Part shown: one piece after another, positions 31,128-40,613 of the stretch
How the letters are laid out: each line of letters opens with the position of its first letter
Position numbering within the stretch: position 1 is the first letter of the stretch
Assembly: GCA_964397415.1 (NCBI GenBank)
Contig: CAYNIJ010000010.1
Coordinates: 22,021 to 86,020 of the forward strand
Length of the DNA stretch: 64,000 nt
Direction: 5' to 3'
Source: an uncultured Ignavibacteriales bacterium
GTDB taxonomy: Bacteria; Zixibacteria; MSB-5A5; GN15; FEB-12
The notes under the pieces: generated by a model
Database searches by the model: none
Seen by the model: the letters and a program-made list of their open reading frames with translations, nothing else
Told to the model about the DNA's origin: nothing
Program-made: the position numbers and the translations under genes

Positions 31128-32573
31128 CTAAAATGGCGTGTCGGTACCTTTGACAGGATCGACATCGGCCGGCAACTCCCTGTAGCCGGCGGCAAGATTC
31201 TCAAACCGCGCGAATTCTTTGACAAAGGCCATCCGGGCGGTACCGGTCGGGCCGTTTCGTTGTTTGGCGACAATGACCTCAGCCGTACCGATCTTATCGG
31301 CGTTTTTCGGGTCGCGACGTTCATCGTCGTTAAGATAATACTCCGGCCGGTACACGAACATCACAACATCGGCATCCTGCTCGATCGCTCCGGATTCGCG
31401 AAGGTCCGCCAACTGAGGGCGTTTGTCACCGCCGCGATGCTCCACCATACGGGAGAGCTGCGAACATGCGATCACCGGAAGTTGAAGCTCTTTCGCGAGC
31501 GCCTTCATGCTTCGTGAAATGACCGAGATCTCCTGCTGCCGGTTCTCAGAACGCCCGGATGCGTGCATCATCTGGATATAGTCGACGATGATCAATGAAA
31601 GATGCGGGAATTGGGCCTTGAGTCGTCGCGCTTTGGCGCGCATCTGGAGTGAAGTCAGTGTCGCGGAGTCGTCGATGAAAATATCCATCTGCGAGAGTGT
31701 ATTACCATGTTTGGTCAACTGGGCAAACTCAGCATCTGTCAATTTGCGCGAGCGAAGTTTCTGCTGACTGATCTTGGCCCTCCCGCAGAGGATACGGAGC
31801 GCCAATTGCTCCTTGGACATTTCCACCGAAAAGATGGCAACACCCTTCTTGGTCTTCTCATTGGACGCGATACTCTCGGCGATATTGACCGCTAGTGCGG
31901 ACTTTCCCATCGATGGGCGACCGGCGACCACCACAAAGTCGCCATTGTGCAGACCTTGAGTGAGCATATCAAGTTCGGTATAGCCGGTCATCACTCCCTC
32001 AAGCGCGCCATCACCGGATTGGAATCGCTCTATCTGTTCGAAAGAGTGATGTACAAGCTGCTTGAGCGGCACAAACCCCTGACGCAAACGACTCTCGGAA
32101 ATGCGGAAGATATTTGCCTCGGCAGCATCCAAAAGATCTTCGACCGGGTTTTCCGAGACATACGCTGAGCGCGATATCTCATTTGAGGTCTCGATCAGTC
32201 GGCGAAGCAGTGATTTGTCCAGGACGATTGTCGCATACGCAAGCACGTTGGCAGTCGATGCCACAGACTCAGCAAGCTCCACCAGATAGACGCGGCCACC
32301 CGCCTTTTCCAGTTGATTGTCCCGTTGCATCATATTGGCGACAGTTGTAATATCGCACGGCTCAGAGCGGTTATATAGCTCCAGCATGGACTTGTAGATA
32401 ATGCGATGGCGAGGCGAATAGAAATGCTCCTCGGAGTCGATCACTCCGATGACCTGGTGAATCGCTTCGTCATCCTTGAGGATCGAACCTAACAGCGCTT
32501 GTTCGGCGTCGCCGGACTGCGGCGGCTGAAGGTGTTGAACATCTTTATCTGATTTGGCTTGAAATGCCATCAC
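31128..32573 (-). CDS. dnaB: Replicative DNA helicase
   Basis: 481 aa. PPQSGDAEQALLGSIL N-terminus, Walker A GRPSMGKSA, IVDYIQ. No intein-sized insertion. Confidence 0.95.
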   Translation of the reverse strand: MMAFQAKSDKDVQHLQPPQSGDAEQALLGSILKDDEAIHQVIGVIDSEEHFYSPRHRIIYKSMLELYNRSEPCDITTVANMMQRDNQLEKAGGRVYLVELAESVASTANVLAYATIVLDKSLLRRLIETSNEISRSAYVSENPVEDLLDAAEANIFRISESRLRQGFVPLKQLVHHSFEQIERFQSGDGALEGVMTGYTELDMLTQGLHNGDFVVVAGRPSMGKSALAVNIAESIASNEKTKKGVAIFSVEMSKEQLALRILCGRAKISQQKLRSRKLTDAEFAQLTKHGNTLSQMDIFIDDSATLTSLQMRAKARRLKAQFPHLSLIIVDYIQMMHASGRSENRQQEISVISRSMKALAKELQLPVIACSQLSRMVEHRGGDKRPQLADLRESGAIEQDADVVMFVYRPEYYLNDDERRDPKNADKIGTAEVIVAKQRNGPTGTARMAFVKEFARFENLAAGYRELPADVDPVKGTDTPF

Positions 32574-32589
32574 TCCACCAATTCACTTT

Positions 32590-33393
32590 CTAAACCTGGT
32601 CGTACTTGGCTTTCAGCATCTTCATGTCTTCCCATGTCTCCTTCTTGTATTCGGGGAAACGAAGGAGCGCGGCCGGGTGATAGGTCACCAGCATCGGTAT
32701 CCCATGATAGTTGAGCCAGGATTTGCGCAATTTACTCAGGGGCGTGGTTGTCTGCAAGAGCGATTGTACCGCGATGCGCCCCAGACAGCAGATCAGTTTC
32801 GGCTGAATTAGCCTGATCTGTTCATGCAGATACGGGAGACACGCGGCGACCTCATCGGGCTGGGGGTCACGATTGTTCGGCGGCCGGCACTTGAGGATAT
32901 TCGCTATATAGACTTCCTGCCTCGACAGTTGGATGGCTGCAAGGATCTTGTCCAGCAATTTCCCCGCGGCTCCCACGAAAGGCTCCCCTTGAAGGTCTTC
33001 TTGCGCCCCCGGCGCCTCGCCAATAAAGAGCAATTTTGCCTTCGGATTGCCCACACCATAAACAAACTTAGTGCGAGTCTTGCCGAGCGGGCATTTCAGG
33101 CAATTGCAGATTGCGGCATTGTGCTCGTCGGTAGACCCAAAGGTCGCGTCACCGAGAGGGATGGTAATATCATCACGGACAACTGTCTTGGCCATCCTGG
33201 CGGTTTCCTCCATAGCGAACAACGTTGGTTCCGTGGTTGCGGTCGGGCTCACCGCTTCGGCTGCCTGTGGCGAGACGTCGGCGGCCACCTTTCGCTCGAC
33301 ATGATTGAGCACAATTTCGTCAGTGCCCAGTTCGATCTGCGCCTTCAGCGCACGACGCACCAGGTCGAGTATGTCCTGGGGATTGTCAGCCAC
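32590..33393 (-). CDS. Family 4 uracil-DNA glycosylase
   Basis: 267 aa. GEAPGAQEDLQGEPFVGAAG and HPAALLR motifs, Cys ligands (CNCLKCPL). About 90-aa N-terminal extension. Confidence 0.85.
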   Translation of the reverse strand: MADNPQDILDLVRRALKAQIELGTDEIVLNHVERKVAADVSPQAAEAVSPTATTEPTLFAMEETARMAKTVVRDDITIPLGDATFGSTDEHNAAICNCLKCPLGKTRTKFVYGVGNPKAKLLFIGEAPGAQEDLQGEPFVGAAGKLLDKILAAIQLSRQEVYIANILKCRPPNNRDPQPDEVAACLPYLHEQIRLIQPKLICCLGRIAVQSLLQTTTPLSKLRKSWLNYHGIPMLVTYHPAALLRFPEYKKETWEDMKMLKAKYDQV

Positions 33394-34636
33394 GCGATCT
33401 GGATTTTGCGCCGGACGGGCGGCTGGACATCAATTGAGAAATTCGTTCGATAAGGCGAGCAGCCACTTCGGACTTCGAGAGGAGCGGCCAAGTCTCCGCG
33501 ATCATATCGGGGGCAAGAACCATCACCTGGTTGGTGTCATGGTCAAATCCGGCACCTTCGGAACGCGGATTGTTCACCAATATAAGGTCGAGTTGTTTTT
33601 CGGTCAGTTTCTTTCGGCCATTCACTTCCGCGTTCTCGGTCTCCAGCGCAAATCCGACCACGATCTGACCTTCTCTGCGCTTCCCCGCAACTTGCTTCAG
33701 GATATCAGTTGTTGGGGTCAAGGTCAGGTGCAGCGCGTCTTTGGTTCGCTTGATCTTCTGCTCGGCTGAAACCTCTGGTGTGAAATCCGAAGGTGCCGCA
33801 GCCATGATGAGGCAGTCAGCCTCTGCGAACTCCTTCTTCACTGCATCAGCCATCTGAGCAGTCGTTTCGACACTGATAGAGCGAAGGCCAGCCGGGTGGG
33901 TCAATTGAGTCGGGCCAGAGATAAGCGTCACTTCAGCGCCCGCTTCACGCGCGGCTTCAGCGATCGCATACCCCATTTTGCCGGATGACCTGTTCGAGAT
34001 GAAGCGAACCGGGTCGATAGCTTCACGGCACGGACCAGCCGTAACAAGAACCTTCTTCCCCGCCAGTTTGCCGGATCGTCGACGAGCCTCTGCCTCAAAA
34101 AACAGCTTCACCTGCTCGAATATCTCCAATGGCTCCAACATTCGACCAATCCCAAACTGCTTTTCCGCCATCTCTCCCTCGGCTGGTCCCACAAAATGGT
34201 AGCCTAACTCAAGTAGTGAACCGACATTTCGCTGCGTGATAGGATTGTGCCACATCCCGGGATTCATTGCCGGCGCGATTATCACCGGTGCGGGAGAGGC
34301 ACAGACAATCGTGGTCAGCAGGTCATCAGAAACACCGGATGCGGTCTTTCCGATAAAATTCGCCGTTGCCGGCGCAATTACCATCAGGTCGGCCCAACGG
34401 GCCAGTTCAATATGCCGGGTCGCTATCTCATCCCGTTCGGCCCACATATCGGTATAGACAGGATTGCGGGAAGTTGCCGCAAGCGTCATCGGAGTGACAA
34501 ACTTGGTGGCGTTGGCCGTCATAATAACGCGGACCTCGGCCCCCGCCTTTATGAGCGAGCGAACCAGATACGGCACCTTATAACAGGCAATGCCGCCGGT
34601 CATCCCGACGATTATCTTTTTGCCGGAAAGTGACAT
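33386..34636 (-). CDS. coaBC: Bifunctional phosphopantothenoylcysteine decarboxylase / synthetase
   Basis: 416 aa. GGIACYK flavoprotein N-domain and [10 protein letters not shown] CoaB domain. Confidence 0.92.
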   Translation of the reverse strand: MSLSGKKIIVGMTGGIACYKVPYLVRSLIKAGAEVRVIMTANATKFVTPMTLAATSRNPVYTDMWAERDEIATRHIELARWADLMVIAPATANFIGKTASGVSDDLLTTIVCASPAPVIIAPAMNPGMWHNPITQRNVGSLLELGYHFVGPAEGEMAEKQFGIGRMLEPLEIFEQVKLFFEAEARRRSGKLAGKKVLVTAGPCREAIDPVRFISNRSSGKMGYAIAEAAREAGAEVTLISGPTQLTHPAGLRSISVETTAQMADAVKKEFAEADCLIMAAAPSDFTPEVSAEQKIKRTKDALHLTLTPTTDILKQVAGKRREGQIVVGFALETENAEVNGRKKLTEKQLDLILVNNPRSEGAGFDHDTNQVMVLAPDMIAETWPLLSKSEVAARLIERISQLMSSRPSGAKSRSRG

Positions 34637-34637
34637 C

Positions 34638-35114
34638 TCAGTTGATCGTTAACGTTGGGTCGATCTTCGGATCAAGCAAAGCCAGCGATTCCATCTCGCT
34701 GAACTCATTGAACAGAACCGCCGCGGTCACCAGTTTGACCTGCTCGAGGTCGACTCGCTGCGGCGATACCGAAAACGCCCGCTCCAGCACCGTCTCAAAC
34801 TGCTCGTCATCGATGACCGAAAGCGCGATCAGTTTCACCAAGAAACCGTACGCTTCGGGGCTCAATTGAAGCCGCTCATATTGGGTCAAGACTCGGTTTG
34901 AGTGATGCTCTTCGGGGAACTGGGCAAAGAATGGTTCGTCGTTATGTTCGAATCGGTCGATAACCCAGGAATAGGCGGAAGATATCTCGCTGTCGGAATA
35001 CCCCATGCTCTGGAGGTCCGGCGTGAGGTCATCCATGCTTGGAAGTATCCCCTGGTGCTCCCGCATATGATCTATCAGATAAACAACAATTTCCAGAACT
35101 CGGTTACCCATCAT
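34638..35114 (-). CDS. smg: Smg (DUF494) family protein
   Basis: 158 aa, acidic. N-terminus MMGNRVLEIVVYLIDHM and overall layout resemble Smg. Family call from memory. Confidence 0.6.
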   Translation of the reverse strand: MMGNRVLEIVVYLIDHMREHQGILPSMDDLTPDLQSMGYSDSEISSAYSWVIDRFEHNDEPFFAQFPEEHHSNRVLTQYERLQLSPEAYGFLVKLIALSVIDDEQFETVLERAFSVSPQRVDLEQVKLVTAAVLFNEFSEMESLALLDPKIDPTLTIN

Positions 35115-35141
35115 CCCTTCTCGTCCACCCCCACATCGGGT

Positions 35142-35170
35142 AAGATAGATGTCCAGGGCTGGGCGGTCAA
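35142..35170 (-). promoter_or_regulatory. Putative sigma70-type promoter TTGACC-17-TATCTT for smg-coaBC-udg-dnaB...
   Basis: ggtcaa at 35165-35170, aagata at 35142-35147, in the 95-nt gap after the yceI stop. Confidence 0.45.
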
Positions 35171-35209
35171 CGGTAGAGTATCGTGGACGCAGAGAAATGG
35201 TGTGAAGAC

Positions 35210-35842
35210 CTATTCCTTGGCGGGCCAGTCAGGGAGCGAAATATCGGTTGCCGGTAAGTTGTTGTAGCCGGAGAAAATGCACTCAACCTCGATCGTTTCC
35301 GCCAATTTGAGGAACAGTGCTTTTGGGCGCGGAATATCGTACTCGTCAAGAATGATCTGGAATCGGGTACGAATTGACACCTTTTCTCCCCCTTGCTCGG
35401 ACGTTATGCTAACCTCAATTGGCGCGGAAAGCTGGCGTTTGACGCCATGGATATAGAACCAGCCGCGCACTTCTCCGCTGTCCTTTGCACCGGCATGAAG
35501 CGGTTCAAGCCCGGTCACTCCTTTCAATTCAAAATAGGCATACGGGAATTTCTCCGTATTCAGATGCCGGTCGCGCATGTGTTCATCCCGCGTGTCAATC
35601 CCGGTCTTGAGAGTTCGCAGGTCCACGCGCAGGAGCCCAGAGGCATTTGAGTCAGGTCTGGCCGGATCGAACGAAATTGAGCCGTCAATCGCCGCGCTTT
35701 TCCCCTCAATGAACTCCAATTTCGCGGTGGAACGGAAGTAAACCGAGTCCTGCCTTGCTGCCGGATTCAATTGGAAATCGGCCGCAGATATCGGCGCCGC
35801 GAAGAGAAAGAGTAGCGTACATACACTGGAAAACTTGTTCAT
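35210..35842 (-). CDS. yceI: YceI-like periplasmic polyisoprenoid/quinone-binding protein
   Basis: ATG at 35842 (GAGGT SD) gives the signal peptide MNKFSSVCTLLFLFAAPISA. YceI-like pattern SVYFRSTAKLEFIEGKS...GSISFD...LRTLKTGIDTRDEHMR. Starts 13 nt after the stop of the upstream gene. Confidence 0.75.
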   Translation of the reverse strand: MNKFSSVCTLLFLFAAPISAADFQLNPAARQDSVYFRSTAKLEFIEGKSAAIDGSISFDPARPDSNASGLLRVDLRTLKTGIDTRDEHMRDRHLNTEKFPYAYFELKGVTGLEPLHAGAKDSGEVRGWFYIHGVKRQLSAPIEVSITSEQGGEKVSIRTRFQIILDEYDIPRPKALFLKLAETIEVECIFSGYNNLPATDISLPDWPAKE

Positions 35843-35855
35843 GGGACACCTCTGG

Positions 35856-36917
35856 TTAATTGTCGGGCGCGCCGGCATTGATCCAGTCGCGGAGCTTGTT
35901 CAGGTCAGTCGTCGAGATGTATGGTCCACCCGGAGGCATTCGTGAGCCGAATTGAGGCGAGGTTGTGGCCTTGAAATAAAGGCTACTAGTGCCGGCACTT
36001 CCCGGCACAACGGCTGCGCCGTGGCCGCCACTCGCATGAAACACCGCATGATAGGTAGCTGAGCCGAGATTGAGCCCTCCCTCGGCCGAACTTCCGCCGT
36101 GACACCCGGTAATCGCGCACCTCGCCAACAGTAGTGGCTGGATATGGCTCGCGAAACTGGGGGCATCGTCATCCAGAATCGTACAGGTCGCCATACTATC
36201 CAAAAACATCCCGTTAGACAGCGCGGTCAGCCTGATGGTGAACTCCTCAATCGGCTCAAAAACTGCATCCTCGGATGTGACAATAGACAACACTGCGGAG
36301 AGCTGACCCGGCGGAATTGTATCTCTCCCGCTTGCCATAATGAAATCAGCAGGTGCCGTCGCGGACCCCGCCACCAGACTGAAGTCAAAGATAACCGGTA
36401 AGATGCCGGCCTTATTGAGTTCGACCGTGACCTGAGCCATCTCACCCTCAACAGCCGATGTGTCTCGTATGGTGACAAACGGCACCCCGTCGTCGTCCAG
36501 TATGACACATGTGGCCTCAGCTTGTGTAATGACGGCGTTTGTGGCGCTGAGTATCTTAATCGTGACCTCTTCCAGGGGCTCAATCTGGTCATCTTGAAGA
36601 AACTCCAGCCCGACATGAATATGATTCTCCGCATGACCGCTGCCATCGGATGCTTCTATCGTCACCGTGTCGGTTCGTGCCTCAAAATCCTGACCCGCGG
36701 TAGCGGTGATCCCTTCAAAGGTATAGATGATAGTCACCGGACGAGGAGCCTCAAAACTGAGTTCAAACTCGCACTCGGCGATGTCACCCTCGTTGGTCGT
36801 GTCGCTGTGAACCGTCAGTTCCGGAACTGGTATCTCTGGCAAACTTCCAAAATCTGTACATCCTGATACCAGGACGACCACGACGATTGCGAATATCAGC
36901 AGCGGTTTCATTTTCAT
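35856..36917 (-). CDS. Lipoprotein with two Calx-beta domains and a C-terminal Planctomycete-cytochrome-C (PSCyt1)-like domain
   Basis: 353 aa. Lipobox LVSGC. Two Calx-beta modules ending ATCVILDDDG and ATCTILDDDA. C-terminus HIQPLLLARCAITGCHGG...GGLNLGS...VVPGSAGTSSLY...RMPPGGPYISTTDLNKLRDWINAGAP. CAITGCH verified at nt 36099-36119. Confidence 0.7.
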   Translation of the reverse strand: MKMKPLLIFAIVVVVLVSGCTDFGSLPEIPVPELTVHSDTTNEGDIAECEFELSFEAPRPVTIIYTFEGITATAGQDFEARTDTVTIEASDGSGHAENHIHVGLEFLQDDQIEPLEEVTIKILSATNAVITQAEATCVILDDDGVPFVTIRDTSAVEGEMAQVTVELNKAGILPVIFDFSLVAGSATAPADFIMASGRDTIPPGQLSAVLSIVTSEDAVFEPIEEFTIRLTALSNGMFLDSMATCTILDDDAPSFASHIQPLLLARCAITGCHGGSSAEGGLNLGSATYHAVFHASGGHGAAVVPGSAGTSSLYFKATTSPQFGSRMPPGGPYISTTDLNKLRDWINAGAPDN

Positions 36918-36920
36918 TCC

Positions 36921-37955
36921 TCAATAGCCGACATGGAATTGCACGAAAAACAGGTCCTCGCCATCCAGAAAACCTCGCGTGTACTTCGTGTACGATGGGC
37001 GGATCTGCACAAACGGCATGGGATAAAAATCGATGGAGAAACGAAGATATTCGTCCACTCCGGTCTCCAGTCGCCGGTCAGGGTCGAAGAAATTGTACTC
37101 GCCGACTAGATAGAAACCGTATTCGATTCTCCCGACAAGACTCGCGTACATAGCGATCTGATCATTTCCCTTCCCTACGACATCCATCTCTCCCATCGCG
37201 GTGAAGCGATCATACGCCAGCCCTCCATACAGCGATTTTGCATGCGGGAAGAGGCCGAAGTCATCTGGTCCGATCTCATCCGTAAAACGGTAGGAGCTCC
37301 CAACCAGGTAGCTGAACGCGCCCAATGTCCCCGGCCGATAGAGATTGAGATTGATGACCTTCTGCTCGTTTGGATTGAACGCCTCGGCTATGAGATTTAC
37401 TCCAGCAAATTCACCCGACAGGGATACGCCATCCAAATAGACTTCAGCGCCATTCCCCGTCCTTTCCCGGACAAATGACTTGTGATCCTCCACATGCAGG
37501 CCGAACGAAGGCGTGAAGGTCCCAAACTTGGCGGAGTATTTATTATCATCGAAGGTCATAAGCGCATAGTTCTCAGTGACGCCATTTGCGCCTATGCGCA
37601 TATGATAGAACATATTTCGAAGCGGCTCGGCCGTGACGAACCCATCCGTCTGCATCCGGAAGATCCTGCCATCATCTATTGCCAGATAACGGACATCGAA
37701 CCCGAGAATCAGTAATTCTCCAACCCGAGGTTTCCGATACTGCGACGCCAGCCACTTCTTGGTGCTTGGTAGTGTCAGTTCGTTGAAAGCAGTGGTAAAG
37801 TTACCGTACTCCGTACGGGCACCTCCCCCTGCCGGCGAAAAGTGGCAGTTCTTACAAGGCTCAGCATGCTCCACCGACAGTCGCGGATATGCGAGGAGTG
37901 AAGCCGCACAGATAAGAAGCAACCCAACCACAGGGATGGCGATTTGACGATTCAT
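36921..37955 (-). CDS. Outer-membrane beta-barrel with an N-terminal CXXCH heme motif (Cyc2-like fused cytochrome-porin candidate)
   Basis: 344 aa. Signal peptide MNRQIAIPVVGLLLICAASLLAYP. CKNCH at residues 34-38 (nt 37842-37856, verified TGT AAG AAC TGC CAC). About 300 aa of amphipathic strands. C-terminus FFVQFHVGY with alternating hydrophobics and a terminal aromatic. Confidence 0.6.
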   Translation of the reverse strand: MNRQIAIPVVGLLLICAASLLAYPRLSVEHAEPCKNCHFSPAGGGARTEYGNFTTAFNELTLPSTKKWLASQYRKPRVGELLILGFDVRYLAIDDGRIFRMQTDGFVTAEPLRNMFYHMRIGANGVTENYALMTFDDNKYSAKFGTFTPSFGLHVEDHKSFVRERTGNGAEVYLDGVSLSGEFAGVNLIAEAFNPNEQKVINLNLYRPGTLGAFSYLVGSSYRFTDEIGPDDFGLFPHAKSLYGGLAYDRFTAMGEMDVVGKGNDQIAMYASLVGRIEYGFYLVGEYNFFDPDRRLETGVDEYLRFSIDFYPMPFVQIRPSYTKYTRGFLDGEDLFFVQFHVGY

Positions 37956-38047
37956 GACTGCGCTTTCTTCTAACGGTCACACGGAATGAGATAACTGAGC
38001 CAGCCGCCCGCCCGGCTGAGTCTGGCCGGCCTTGTTGTACAGAGAGT

Positions 38048-38075
38048 CCGCAGGCTGCTATCGTACAGCCTGCGG
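38048..38075 (-). terminator. Strong hairpin 39 nt downstream of purH (terminator-like, no U-tract)
   Basis: ccgcaggctg ctatcgta cagcctgcgg: perfect 10-bp GC-rich stem with an 8-nt loop. A second 6-bp hairpin (cagccg/cggctg) lies at 38001-38018. Confidence 0.4.
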
Positions 38076-38113
38076 TCAGATTTCAAGTGAATTCAATAGG
38101 TCGACCGGGACGG

Positions 38114-39694
38114 TCAATGTTTGAAATGACGGATTCCGGTGAAGACCATGGCGATACCGAGTTTGTCGGCGGTGGCAATGACCTCTTCATCCCCTTTGGA
38201 CCCGCCAGGTTGTATGACTGCCGTCACCCCGGCTTGCGCGGCGACCTCAAGCCCGTCTGGCATCGGGAAGAACGCGTCTGAAGCCAGGACTGCCCCCTTG
38301 GCCCGGTCTCCCGCGCGCTTCACCGCCAGGAAGGATGAATCGACCCGCGACGTCTGCCCCATCCCGATACCGACCGTCGCCAGGTCCTTAGCGATAACAA
38401 TGGCATTCGATTTGGTATGCTTTACCACGCTCCATGCAAACAGGAGCGATTGGAGTTGTTGCGGGGTCGGCGCTACTTTGGTCACAGTCTGCAGCGATTT
38501 TGGGTCAAGCTTGTGGTCATCAGCCGTCTGCGCCAAAAGCCCGCCCTGGATAAACCGGTAATTGGCCAGCCCCTGTTTACGTCCATGCGCTATGTCTGGG
38601 AGAGCCAGGAGTCGGCGTGTTTTCTTTTTCACCAGCAGTTCGAGCGCATCAGGCGCAAAGCCGGGCGCCAGCATGCATTCGACAAACGGAGTCTCGTGCA
38701 GCAGCCTGGCGGTCTCCATATCGACCATCTTATTAAGGCCGATTATCGAACCATATGCTGACAACGGATCAGACTCATATGCTCGGGCATATGCCTCGGC
38801 CAGGGTTTTCCCCTGTGCCGCGCCACACGGATTGGTATGCTTCAGGATGCAGGCGAATGGCTCCGAGAACTCGAGCAAAAGATCCAGGCAGGCATCCAGA
38901 TCACTGTAATTATTGTACGACAGCTCTTTACCCGCCAAAACTTCGGCATGAACTAACGTCGGCGCCGCGTACGTTGGATCTGAAAAGAGCGAAGCCTCTT
39001 GATGCGGGTTTTCGCCGTATCGAAGCGGCGATGCCTTGCGATACTCCATCTTCAGCACTTCGGGGAAATGCTCGGCCCGTTGTTGGATCGGAGCGGTACT
39101 GTCAAGAGCAAACCAGTTGGCCACAGCGCGATCATAGTCCGCGGTCAGAGCATAGGCGCGACCGGCGCACCGACGACGGAACTCAAACGACGTGGTCCCG
39201 TCATGCTTCTTCATCTCTTCCAGCAGTTCAGCGTAATCCGATGGATCCGCTATGACCGTCACGGAGTCGTGGTTTTTCGCCGCCGCACGGATCATGGACG
39301 GTCCACCGATATCGATGTTCTCGATTATCTCTTCCTCCGTAGCGTCCGGCTTGGCGACCGTCTGCTTGAATGGATAGAGATTGACTACGACCAGATCGAT
39401 CCCGCGATAATCGGCCGACTGCATTTGCTCGACATCCTCCACCACATGGCGGCGGTACAATATCCCGGCATGGATCTTCGGGTGGAGCGTTTTCACCCGC
39501 CCGCCCAGTATCTCCGGCGAACCGGTAAAAGTAGAGACCGAGATCGCGTGGATCCCCGCGTCGCGCAGGGTCTTCAGTGTTCCCCCGGTCGAGAGTATCT
39601 CGACACCCATTTTATCCAACGCGAGTCCGAGGTCGACAATACCGGTTTTGTCGGAGACCGATATCAATGCCCGTTTGATCTTGATGGTATCCAT
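38114..39694 (-). CDS. purH: Bifunctional AICAR transformylase / IMP cyclohydrolase
   Basis: 526 aa. KRALISVSDKTG N-terminus and GIRHFKH C-terminus. Confidence 0.95.
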   Translation of the reverse strand: MDTIKIKRALISVSDKTGIVDLGLALDKMGVEILSTGGTLKTLRDAGIHAISVSTFTGSPEILGGRVKTLHPKIHAGILYRRHVVEDVEQMQSADYRGIDLVVVNLYPFKQTVAKPDATEEEIIENIDIGGPSMIRAAAKNHDSVTVIADPSDYAELLEEMKKHDGTTSFEFRRRCAGRAYALTADYDRAVANWFALDSTAPIQQRAEHFPEVLKMEYRKASPLRYGENPHQEASLFSDPTYAAPTLVHAEVLAGKELSYNNYSDLDACLDLLLEFSEPFACILKHTNPCGAAQGKTLAEAYARAYESDPLSAYGSIIGLNKMVDMETARLLHETPFVECMLAPGFAPDALELLVKKKTRRLLALPDIAHGRKQGLANYRFIQGGLLAQTADDHKLDPKSLQTVTKVAPTPQQLQSLLFAWSVVKHTKSNAIVIAKDLATVGIGMGQTSRVDSSFLAVKRAGDRAKGAVLASDAFFPMPDGLEVAAQAGVTAVIQPGGSKGDEEVIATADKLGIAMVFTGIRHFKH

Positions 39695-39701
39695 GGATTG
39701 C

Positions 39702-40613
39702 TTACTTGCCTGTCAAAAGTCGTTGTGCTTCGCGATACCGTGAGGCCGATGCGTTGACCACTTCATCCGGAAGCACCGGCGCCGGTGGCTTCTTGTCCCA
39801 GCCGGTTGATTCGAGATAGTCACGGATCGGCTGTTTATCAAAGGATGGCTGGCTCTTCCCGATCTCATATTTGTCGACCGGCCAGAAACGGCTGGAGTCT
39901 GGGGATAATACTTCATCGATGAGGATAAACTTGCTGTTCTTGTATCCGAACTCGAATTTGGTGTCGGCGATGATGATCCCCTTGGTCAGGGCGTAATCCG
40001 CTGCCTTCTGGTACACGGCGAGCGACTTGTCGCGGCACAACTCAGCCGTATCACGGCCGACCATCTCAACCATCTGCTCAAAACTGATATTTTCGTCGTG
40101 GCCGTCATCGTTCTTTGAAGACGGCGTGAAAAGAGTCGTAGGGAGCTTCTCGGATTCTCTCAATGCTGCAGGGAACTCGAATCCATGCACAGAATTCGAA
40201 CCCGACTTGCGCGCGGTCTGCAGCTCCTTCCACATCGAGCCGGAGATATATCCACGGACGATGCACTCGGCATCGATCCGATCCGCCTTGACCACGATCA
40301 TCGAACGCCCCTCAAGCTGATCGCGATAGGCGCGGAGCTTGACCGGGTACTCGTCGACATTGGCCGTCACGAGATGGTTGTCCACGACATCCTTGAGGAA
40401 ATCGAACCAGAACAGCGAGGTCTGCGTCAGCACTCGTCCCTTCCCCGGAATGCCATTCGGCATGACGACATCAAATGCGGATATACGATCCGACGCGATG
40501 AACAGCAGTGTCTCCCCGAGGTCATAAATGTCGCGGACTTTACCGCGACGGATCAGCGGATACTCTTTGATATCCGTGGTCAGCACGACACGGTCGGTAG
40601 CGGCATTACTCAT
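39702..40613 (-). CDS. purC: SAICAR synthetase (long form)
   Basis: 303 aa. GKVRDIYD and SDRISAFD motifs. Confidence 0.92.
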   Translation of the reverse strand: MSNAATDRVVLTTDIKEYPLIRRGKVRDIYDLGETLLFIASDRISAFDVVMPNGIPGKGRVLTQTSLFWFDFLKDVVDNHLVTANVDEYPVKLRAYRDQLEGRSMIVVKADRIDAECIVRGYISGSMWKELQTARKSGSNSVHGFEFPAALRESEKLPTTLFTPSSKNDDGHDENISFEQMVEMVGRDTAELCRDKSLAVYQKAADYALTKGIIIADTKFEFGYKNSKFILIDEVLSPDSSRFWPVDKYEIGKSQPSFDKQPIRDYLESTGWDKKPPAPVLPDEVVNASASRYREAQRLLTGK

